From an uncultured Bdellovibrionales bacterium (GTDB lineage: Bacteria; Bdellovibrionota; Bdellovibrionia; Bdellovibrionales; Bdellovibrionaceae), in contig CAXSEH010000001.1 in the NCBI GenBank assembly GCA_964236345.1, positions 1 through 47,906 on the forward strand: a stretch of DNA of 47,906 nucleotides, in the 5' to 3' direction. A model generated the notes under the pieces. It was not told where the DNA came from. It made no database searches and saw only the letters and a program-made list of their open reading frames with translations. Positions 20,025 through 27,230 of this stretch are shown one piece after another. The position numbers and the translations under genes are program-made. Within the stretch, counting starts at the first letter, position 1. Each line of letters starts with the position of its first letter.

Positions 20025-20176
20025 AGTAAGACAAGCCTTCACTCCTCCACGATCGTGGAACCCTAGAGTGAAACCCATCCCACCTACACACTTTCCTTCG
20101 CTGGAAGGGGCATAAAACCCCGGTCTCCAGCCGCGTCCGCCACACGGGGAAATACCCCGTGCGAGATGATTTTTTT
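20025..20176 (+). ncRNA. Candidate sigma54-dependent small RNA with three stem-loops
   Basis: Starts ~12 nt after the sigma54 GC; SL1 20038-20072, G-free C-rich linker 20073-20099, SL2 20100-20131, terminator-like SL3 20134-20168 plus T7; no credible ORF. Confidence 0.6.
20134..20176 (+). terminator. Rho-independent terminator of the candidate sRNA
   Basis: CACGGGG-aaata-CCCCGTG core, extendable stem, then ATTTTTTT. Confidence 0.65.
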
Positions 20177-20276
20177 GCAACATGCACCGGGACCTGCGTC
20201 AGGAGTTGTGGGTCGTATGCAGGGGGTTGACCTTGGGCTACGGCCTTTTATTATGGGCCCATAAGAGGTTGCCTAT

Positions 20277-21278
20277 ATGCATAAATTAACCGTGATTCCC
20301 GGAGATGGGATTGGACCCGAAATTACCGCGCAAGTGTTACGTGTTTTAAAACATGTTCAAGCACCGTTTGATTATGAAGAAGCTTTGGCAGGGGAAATTG
20401 CGCTTCAAAAAATGGGGGCCCTTCTACCCGACGCCACTTTGCAATCTATACAGTCGAACAAACTGGCGATCAAAGGCCCAACGACGACGCCCACCGCCGG
20501 CGGACACAAATCAATCAACGTGACCCTACGCCAAAAATTTGATCTTTACGCGAACGTCAGACCGGTACGTTCGTTACCCGGAATTCCATGCGTGTGCAGT
20601 GACGTGAACCTAACGATCGTTCGTGAAAATACGGAAGACCTTTATATGGGGATCGAGCGCATGGTCGATGACGACACCGCAGAAAGTATCAAGCGTATCA
20701 CGCGTAAGGGCTCTGAGCGTATTGCCCGTTACGCCTTTGAACTTGCGGGTAAAACGGGTTGCCAGAAAGTCGCAATCGTTCACAAAGCAAACATCATGAA
20801 AATGTCCGACGGTTTATTTTTAACCACGGCGCAAAAGGTAGGATCGGAATTTCCGCAGGTTGAAACGAGGGACGTCATCGTCGACAACGCCTGCATGCAG
20901 CTGGTGACGAAGCCGCAACAATTTCAAATTATCGTCACCCAAAATCTTTACGGCGACATTTTATCTGACTTCTGCGCGGGTCTTGTCGGGGGCCTAGGAG
21001 TCGTTCCCGGAGCCAATATCGGAAAAGACATTGCGGTGTTTGAAGCCGTCCACGGATCCGCACCCGATATCGCAGGCCAAAACAAAGCGAACCCCACGGC
21101 CCTTTTACAGTCGGCCGTGATGATGCTCGAGCACATTCGCGAAAGCGCGAAGGCGCAAAGAATTATGAAGGCGCTAATCAAGGCGCTAGCGGATAGCAAC
21201 GCTCGCACCGGCGACCTCGGCGGCCGCGGAAGCACGACGACCTTCACCGACGCCATCATTCAAAATTTAGAAAATTAA
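20277..21278 (+). CDS. icd: Isocitrate/isopropylmalate dehydrogenase family, likely NAD-dependent isocitrate dehydrogenase
   Basis: IPGDGIGPE, SINVTLRQ, RENTE, HKANIMK, NLYGDILSD, EAVHGSAPDIAG motifs; own candidate promoter TTGACC-N16-TATTAT at ~20227-20254. Confidence 0.85.
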   Translation: MHKLTVIPGDGIGPEITAQVLRVLKHVQAPFDYEEALAGEIALQKMGALLPDATLQSIQSNKLAIKGPTTTPTAGGHKSINVTLRQKFDLYANVRPVRSLPGIPCVCSDVNLTIVRENTEDLYMGIERMVDDDTAESIKRITRKGSERIARYAFELAGKTGCQKVAIVHKANIMKMSDGLFLTTAQKVGSEFPQVETRDVIVDNACMQLVTKPQQFQIIVTQNLYGDILSDFCAGLVGGLGVVPGANIGKDIAVFEAVHGSAPDIAGQNKANPTALLQSAVMMLEHIRESAKAQRIMKALIKALADSNARTGDLGGRGSTTTFTDAIIQNLEN

Positions 21279-21309
21279 TATTTCTGTCTTTATGACAGAG
21301 GAGGAAAAA

Positions 21310-21885
21310 ATGAAAACAATAAACTTTGCACTTTTAGCCGCAGCGCTGCTTTCTGCAGACCTGCTATTCTCATCGTGCGCATCAAATCCCAATAAGGCTA
21401 AAAACATCGACACGAAAGTCGACCAATCATCGCAAGTCAGCGGCGATACCGAACTCGGTGTTAAGGACGGCAACATGGTCGTGCAAAAAAAGGTCATGAT
21501 GAATGAAGAGCTTCGAAAAATTCAATACGAAGTTTACGAACTTGAAGATCGCGTTTACGGAAATCGCAAGTACGGATCGCTTGGCCTTTACGGAGTTTTA
21601 CGTGACTGTAAATTACAACTTTCAGATCCAAAAAACGGCGGTGACGGTAAATTGATGTGGACTGAACCGATCGACCGCGTAACCGATAAAGAAGATGAAT
21701 TCAAAATCGGCATCGATGAACAGAAAAAACTAGTCGGCGTCACCGAAGAATTCCTAGGCGACCGCATCGCCCGCTTCCGCGGTTACAAAAACGTTTTAAA
21801 CAAACGCCAAGACGAATACGAAGAAAAAGTTTCGATCTGTAAAGCTGACATCAAAGGTCGCCAGAACAAAGCCGCTTCGAACTAG
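21310..21885 (+). CDS. Hypothetical lipoprotein
   Basis: RBS GAGGAGG before ATG 21310; lipobox FSSC. Confidence 0.75.
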   Translation: MKTINFALLAAALLSADLLFSSCASNPNKAKNIDTKVDQSSQVSGDTELGVKDGNMVVQKKVMMNEELRKIQYEVYELEDRVYGNRKYGSLGLYGVLRDCKLQLSDPKNGGDGKLMWTEPIDRVTDKEDEFKIGIDEQKKLVGVTEEFLGDRIARFRGYKNVLNKRQDEYEEKVSICKADIKGRQNKAASN

Positions 21886-21905
21886 AAGTTAAATATTCCC
21901 AGTGT

Positions 21906-21964
21906 TCTTTCTCCTTATGTTCGCCCTTGGTACGATGTACCAACGGCGAACATAAGGAGAAAGA
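21906..21964. repeat. Long inverted repeat (28-bp stem, one mismatch) between convergent genes
   Basis: TCTTTCTCCTTATGTTCGCC-C-TTGGTAC gat GTACCAA-C-GGCGAACATAAGGAGAAAGA. Confidence 0.85.
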
Positions 21965-21979
21965 GATTGGTACGCGATA

Positions 21980-22423
21980 TCAATTCAAAATAACTGGGTC
22001 TGTTACCCCCGCCAAATCTGTCGGCAATTCTTCGTAATAAATAATTTTAAAATTGGCACCCTCTATAACCGTGTCGGCTATTTTCGACCTTGTTCCATCG
22101 GCGATCTCCCGATAGATAGTTCCCGAAATTAATTTTGCCTCCGCAATCTTTGAAAGATCCATGGGATCTAAAACCAGAATGAATAAGTCTCCCGGAAATT
22201 TAACTTTTTCCTGTAAATAGGCCTGCCGTGTTTCAATGGGGAACAAAAGTTTTAAAATCAGCTGAATATTATGGGGCATTTTGTAGACGATATGCGAGGC
22301 AAATATTTCAGATTCTCCCAGTAAGATCATCCGGTGTTTTGAGTGATGGTCATGGGTCTGAGCGCTTGCGACCTTTAGAAAAGTCAAATGGCTCGTTATA
22401 AACAAGAGTAATATAAATTTCAT
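21980..22423 (-). CDS. Secreted hypothetical protein with His-rich mature N-terminus
   Basis: Signal peptide ASA|QTHDHHSKH; RBS AAGGAG. Confidence 0.7.
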   Translation of the reverse strand: MKFILLLFITSHLTFLKVASAQTHDHHSKHRMILLGESEIFASHIVYKMPHNIQLILKLLFPIETRQAYLQEKVKFPGDLFILVLDPMDLSKIAEAKLISGTIYREIADGTRSKIADTVIEGANFKIIYYEELPTDLAGVTDPVILN

Positions 22424-22446
22424 TTCTTCTCCTTATTTTAATGTGG

Positions 22447-22476
22447 GTGAGTCCCGACATCTTCTTCGGGACTCAC
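22447..22476 (-). terminator. Intergenic hairpin (terminator or mRNA stabiliser)
   Basis: GTGAGTCCCGA...TCGGGACTCAC 11-bp stem; no U-tract. Confidence 0.5.
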
Positions 22477-22491
22477 GGTAAAATGCAATCG

Positions 22492-23778
22492 CTACTGTCC
22501 AGCGGCCTTTACGATCAAAGCTTGTATATCGGTGGCAAAACCTGCAGGTACAAGTTGTTGCACCCGACGTAATTTGGCTTCAGCCAAGCGGCCTAAATTT
22601 TCTAAGTTTAGGTTTTGGCCATCTTTAACAATTTGGGAAATCAGCTTTTGTTCTTCTTGATACGTCATGATTTCGATCCTCCCTACCAAGGCACGCACAA
22701 GCTCAGTCGGTTGCGGCGTCATGGTTAACGGCAAGATGGATTCTGTTTCCGATCGGGGCAAAATATATAAGTATCTTAATCCCGGAGTTCTGAAATAGCT
22801 TTTCTCCCAAGTTTTTGCCATCGCGACGGCCTCATCGTGATAAAGTCCTTCGGCTTCAAGATTTGCAACCAGCACCGCCGAAGCCTGCGGAATCAGAAAT
22901 GGCGGAGACATCTGATATTTAAACTCTTCCACCTCTTGGTTGGTTAGATTGAGTGCGCCGCCCGGAAGCAGGCTTGGCACTTTCAAGTAACCGCCAATGA
23001 AATCTCCGTCGGTGTAATACAAAAAACCTCCTCGCGACGTCAGGGTTTTTGAATCATTGCGGATTTCAATGCCTGACTGATCGGATGTAATCTTAATTTC
23101 CGTCGAAAAATTTCCGAGGCCCCGGTAGAAAATAAGTTTTTCGTTTTCGTCTCCGGAAGTATGGACATAGTTCGAATTTACATTCCTTGACGGTGCGTAA
23201 ACGCTTTCTTCATCGACCGGCGGAATTTCCAAAACCTGATCTTCCATAGCGATATCGAATGAAAAATCCACCCGCCCACCCGCAAGATTCGCAACGTGAT
23301 TCAGCGGCGGCGAAAAGGAAGCAGGCGCGGGATAATACTGCGAAATAATTCCCTCAGGAAATCCGATCGAAACTTTCACCTCTTTCACTTCATTCTTCGA
23401 GTAAAAATAAAGTACGGGCGTTTCCATTTTCTGGGTCACGACTAAGTGGTCCGCATCCTGAGCGTCACGAAAAATCGTGCCCGGTTCAAAGCCCTTGCAG
23501 AAGCCGTTACAGCGACCCAAACCGACTGAGTTCGATTCGCTTAGCGGGTCACGCGAATGGACGAAGTCTGGAAGGTGTTCTTCTTCGTGCTGCATGCCGT
23601 TCTGAACGGTGCCGTCCGAGCCCTGCAGCGCCGTGAAAGTCCCCCACTCGTGAGCCACCAGACTGGTTTCGCTTAAAGCGGGTCGTTTTAATTCAGAGTT
23701 GAATTTAAAAGTTGAATCGACAATGGGTGCCATTGCCAGCATAGATCCGAACAAAGCTGGTAGGATCGTGGTGTTCAT
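22492..23778 (-). CDS. Conserved-looking secreted hypothetical protein
   Basis: Signal peptide; motifs HEWGTFT, KMETPVLYFY, FYRGLGNF, VGRIEI; RBS AAAGGAG before ATG 23778. Confidence 0.75.
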   Translation of the reverse strand: MNTTILPALFGSMLAMAPIVDSTFKFNSELKRPALSETSLVAHEWGTFTALQGSDGTVQNGMQHEEEHLPDFVHSRDPLSESNSVGLGRCNGFCKGFEPGTIFRDAQDADHLVVTQKMETPVLYFYSKNEVKEVKVSIGFPEGIISQYYPAPASFSPPLNHVANLAGGRVDFSFDIAMEDQVLEIPPVDEESVYAPSRNVNSNYVHTSGDENEKLIFYRGLGNFSTEIKITSDQSGIEIRNDSKTLTSRGGFLYYTDGDFIGGYLKVPSLLPGGALNLTNQEVEEFKYQMSPPFLIPQASAVLVANLEAEGLYHDEAVAMAKTWEKSYFRTPGLRYLYILPRSETESILPLTMTPQPTELVRALVGRIEIMTYQEEQKLISQIVKDGQNLNLENLGRLAEAKLRRVQQLVPAGFATDIQALIVKAAGQ

Positions 23779-23845
23779 AAGTGCTCCTTTCATTAGAGTG
23801 ATTTTGGTTTTAGCGAATAGGCCTTGTTAATAAAAGTGAATTGTA

Positions 23846-23860
23846 TTAACTAATCGTTAA
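23846..23860. promoter_or_regulatory. LysR-type operator (T-N11-A palindrome)
   Basis: TTAAC-taatc-GTTAA in the divergent intergenic region. Confidence 0.6.
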
Positions 23861-23889
23861 CTTTAACTTAACAATCAAGGATCTGACCT

Positions 23890-24771
23890 ATGGACACGAT
23901 ACGCCTTAAATATTTTTGTACGATTGCCGACACCGGAAGCTTACGCAAAGCAAGCGAGCTTTTGAATATCAGTTCCCCCGCCCTTTCAAAGGCGATGAAA
24001 ATTCTTGAGGACGAAGTGAACACCAAACTTTTTTTGCAAGATGGTCGAAACGTTATGCTGACCGACGCGGGACGCGAACTTTCGCTTAAGGGAAGAAAAA
24101 TTTTGAAAGAGATCGATTTGATCAAAAGTGATCTTGAAAAAAGGTCGCAGCCCACGAAAGAAGTGCGAATCGCCACCTTCGAAGTTTTTTCTACCTATTT
24201 TCTAACTTGCCTGAAGCATCTTGACTGGAAAGAAAAGAATTTAACCCTTCACGAAGTTTTACCAGGAGAATTAGAAAAAGCTTTAGAAAATAACTTAGTC
24301 GACATTGGCATTACTTACATGCCGGTGACCTCACCCCACGTTGATTATTTAAAAGTATGTTCCGTCGAGATGGGAGTGTTCACTCATAAGGAAGCCTTTC
24401 CCGGAATGGCGCAGCCAAATATTCCTTTCGTGGTTCCCGTCTTTCCGATACTGGGGACTCCCACCCGGATCCGTGGCCTCGACGGCTGGCCCGAAGATGC
24501 TTATCCGCGCAAAATCAAACATCAAGTTACCCTTATGGAAACTGCACTTGAACTTTGTCGTCAAGGAGAAGTTGCGGGTTACTTCCCGAAATTTATTATC
24601 GACGAACACAACCGGCGGTATAAGGAAGAATTTAAATTAACTCGCAGACCAACGCCCCAAAAGGGGCGGGTCTGCATGACGGATGTCTTTATCGTTAAGA
24701 GAAAATCCGATGTCGAAGACTCTAAAACGATTAAGCAGCTGGCCCGAGCCATTCGACTTACTTGTAATTAA
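23890..24771 (+). CDS. LysR-family transcriptional regulator
   Basis: N-terminal HTH GSLRKASELLNISSPALSKAMKILE; 293 aa. Confidence 0.93.
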   Translation: MDTIRLKYFCTIADTGSLRKASELLNISSPALSKAMKILEDEVNTKLFLQDGRNVMLTDAGRELSLKGRKILKEIDLIKSDLEKRSQPTKEVRIATFEVFSTYFLTCLKHLDWKEKNLTLHEVLPGELEKALENNLVDIGITYMPVTSPHVDYLKVCSVEMGVFTHKEAFPGMAQPNIPFVVPVFPILGTPTRIRGLDGWPEDAYPRKIKHQVTLMETALELCRQGEVAGYFPKFIIDEHNRRYKEEFKLTRRPTPQKGRVCMTDVFIVKRKSDVEDSKTIKQLARAIRLTCN

Positions 24772-25037
24772 AGCGACTGGCAGTAGTATCCCGCGATTTC
24801 AAATTCGCCATCGATCCTGCAACCGGTTTGCTTTGCGCCCACGTTACGCTGCGGAAATGCTTTCGCGTAACAGATATCGTAGGCCTCTTGCAAATCAAAA
24901 GCGACGACGTAGCGACCAAAGCGGGCCATCCAAGTTTCTGATGTCGAACAAACTTTATAATTTTCTTCAACTTGATTCGCAAAAGCAAACGGCGTGGTCA
25001 CGGTAACGAGCGCGGCAAAAATGAATGATCGAATCAT
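24768..25037 (-). CDS. Small secreted Cys-containing protein
   Basis: Signal peptide AFA|NQ, four Cys, RBS GAAGGA. Confidence 0.6.
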   Translation of the reverse strand: MIRSFIFAALVTVTTPFAFANQVEENYKVCSTSETWMARFGRYVVAFDLQEAYDICYAKAFPQRNVGAKQTGCRIDGEFEIAGYYCQSL

Positions 25038-25116
25038 GGGGAGTCCTTCGGTTAGTTGTTACGTCCAATCTTTTAAAAAGATTGAACGTATGACAAGTTA
25101 GGATTCGGTTAAGAAT

Positions 25117-26010
25117 TTAGTGCATTGATTTTTTATGAAGGGCTTCGCGAATTTCTTCCACTTCTTCGATTTCGAAGTGATAAGGCTTTCCGCACATCTG
25201 ACAAATAATTTCTGGCTTTTCTTTTTTATCGATCATGTCTTGCAGGTCGGCTTCACCCAAAACTTCAAGCGCGGCGATCACCCGCTCTTTCGAGCACGGG
25301 CAGTGATATTTAATTTCGTAATCGTGTTCAAGTTGTGTGTAGGGAATTCCCTCTAAGAAAGGCGCGACCAGATCAGTCGGAAGACCACCTTCGCGTAAAA
25401 TTTTTGAAACGCTCACATTTTTTGTGTCGGCATTTTTTTGCAGCAAATCGACGAGGGTTTCTTCTACTCCCGGCATGACTTCAATGATGACTCCGCCGGC
25501 TTTGACCACTTGACCGTTTTGATCCAAATAAATTCCGAGCGAAACGATCGAACGGATTTGGTGAGACTGGTGCAAGTAGTGTGCAATATCGTCACCGATT
25601 TCTCCCGTGACCATTTCAACCGTGCCGTGAAAGGGTTGCTTCTGAAAAGGTTGATGGCGAGCCACCGTCAACGTCCCGTGACCGAGCGCGTGCGAAAGTT
25701 TTAAACCCTCTTCGTAGCTTGGCGGTTGGTATTGGGGGTTCGGGGTGTAGGCCCTGACGTGACCTTCAAAATCTGCTTCGGCATAAATACTTTTTAAAGC
25801 CCCGTTGCCGCGAAACAAAAGACCGACCTGCTGTTTATCTTTCAGTTGGCTTGCAAGTAAAAGGGCGCCGACCATCGCTTTACCAACACCGGCTGAAGCC
25901 AAAGGAAAAGCTTGATGCAACTTTTGCATTTCGATAACCACTTCCGTTGCATCAACGGCCGCCGCGCGGAGGGTCAAGTCATTGGAAACGAATCGCTGAA
26001 CTTTTGCCAT
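25117..26010 (-). CDS. hslO: Redox-regulated chaperone Hsp33
   Basis: YLHQSHQI, AGGVIIEVMP and C-terminal CPC...CQMC zinc centre; start moved to ATG 26010 (MAKVQRF). Confidence 0.92.
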   Translation of the reverse strand: MAKVQRFVSNDLTLRAAAVDATEVVIEMQKLHQAFPLASAGVGKAMVGALLLASQLKDKQQVGLLFRGNGALKSIYAEADFEGHVRAYTPNPQYQPPSYEEGLKLSHALGHGTLTVARHQPFQKQPFHGTVEMVTGEIGDDIAHYLHQSHQIRSIVSLGIYLDQNGQVVKAGGVIIEVMPGVEETLVDLLQKNADTKNVSVSKILREGGLPTDLVAPFLEGIPYTQLEHDYEIKYHCPCSKERVIAALEVLGEADLQDMIDKKEKPEIICQMCGKPYHFEIEEVEEIREALHKKSMH

Positions 26011-26071
26011 AGATGTTGAACTTAACAAATCAGTTGGGCGGCCACAACAAATAAGGTAGCCTGGGTGCCGT

Positions 26072-26584
26072 ATGAAACTAGTTCTTTTGCGACACGCCCA
26101 AAAAGGAATCACGCCCTTTGATGATCCTCATTTAACTGAGGCCGGTTTTTTACAAAACGAAGCCCTGGGTCAATTAGTCTTGAAAGAAATTTTACCGCGG
26201 CCGACGCATCTTTGGGCTTCGCCAAAAATTAGAACCGGCCAAACACTTAAGGCCACCGCAGAAATTTGCAAAATTTCAATTCAGGTCGACGATTTGTTAG
26301 ATCTTCGATCACCCGAAGAGACGGCCGCGCAGTTTAGAAAACGCATTCTGGCTTTGCTTCATCAGACCGACGGGCATGCGGGAAAAGCCCCCCACGAAGT
26401 GCATTATTTTTGCACGCATTATGATTGGATTGAAGAAGCAATGACTTTAATAAATGCAGATAAAGATTTGAACTCTTTTGAATTTTCTCATTGGACCCCG
26501 ACCCAGTTTATCGTTTTTGAAATCAAAGAAGCGCTTTGGCGCGTGCTGAAAAAAGGAAATGCCCATGCCCCAAAACCTCATTAG
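26072..26584 (+). CDS. Histidine phosphatase family protein (SixA/phosphoglycerate mutase-like)
   Basis: LLRHA, SPKIRTGQT and CTH motifs. Confidence 0.85.
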   Translation: MKLVLLRHAQKGITPFDDPHLTEAGFLQNEALGQLVLKEILPRPTHLWASPKIRTGQTLKATAEICKISIQVDDLLDLRSPEETAAQFRKRILALLHQTDGHAGKAPHEVHYFCTHYDWIEEAMTLINADKDLNSFEFSHWTPTQFIVFEIKEALWRVLKKGNAHAPKPH

Positions 26585-27173
26585 AAATGTCTGGGCCGTG
26601 GGGCGGAACTATGCCGACCACGCGGCCGAGATGAAATCCGAAGTGCCTAAAACTCCAATGATCTTTTTAAAGGCCGGAACGACGTGTAATTCAGACCGCC
26701 TCATTCGACTTCCAAAGTGGTCAAAAGAAGTGCATTACGAACTTGAGATCGCGTTTCGCTTTGACCAGAACTTGGGCTTTACCGATATGACTTTGGCCTT
26801 AGATCTGACGGCTCGGGACGCGCAAACCGAGGCGAAATCCAAAGGGTCACCGTGGACCTTAGCGAAATCTTTTACCGGCTCTTGTCCGTTGGGCGAATGG
26901 ATTTCGTTACAAGATTTAAAAGATGCGAATGAGCTCAGTTTCGAATTAATTAAAAACGGAAAACCCGTCCAAGCGGCGCGTGCCGACCAAATGATTTTTA
27001 AACCCGAGGTACTTCGAACTTACGTCAGAAATTATTTCCCGGTCGTCGAAGGCGACGTGCTGTTAACCGGCACCCCGGCTGGCGTGGGACCGCTGACATC
27101 CGGGGATGGTTTAGAAGCCACCTTACGAGCAGGAACCAAGACGCTTTTAACTTGCTTTTGGGACGTCGAGTAA
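26565..27173 (+). CDS. Fumarylacetoacetate hydrolase family protein
   Basis: GRNYADH, HYELE, DLTARD, AKSF, TGTPAGVG. Confidence 0.92.
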   Translation: MPQNLIRNVWAVGRNYADHAAEMKSEVPKTPMIFLKAGTTCNSDRLIRLPKWSKEVHYELEIAFRFDQNLGFTDMTLALDLTARDAQTEAKSKGSPWTLAKSFTGSCPLGEWISLQDLKDANELSFELIKNGKPVQAARADQMIFKPEVLRTYVRNYFPVVEGDVLLTGTPAGVGPLTSGDGLEATLRAGTKTLLTCFWDVE

Positions 27174-27230
27174 GCAAAATCCGGGCATTCGTTTCCGCCC
27201 ATCGCGTTTTCTAATACCGAGGAGATCTGC

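Noticed and set aside
19843-20187. ORFs 19843-20115 (+) and 19984-20187 (-)
   Set aside because: No RBS or recognisable motif; they overlap the promoter, hairpins and terminator better explained as an sRNA.
19745-20276. RNase P, tmRNA, SRP or c-di-GMP riboswitch in this gap
   Set aside because: GGAAAGTC at ~19977 is only a partial RNase P match with no closing P4 strand; no tRNA-like ends, SRP loop or riboswitch consensus found by eye.
26011-26112. N-terminal extension of Hsp33 in the ORF track
   Set aside because: It overlaps the divergent phosphatase gene; the Hsp33-like sequence begins at ATG 26010.
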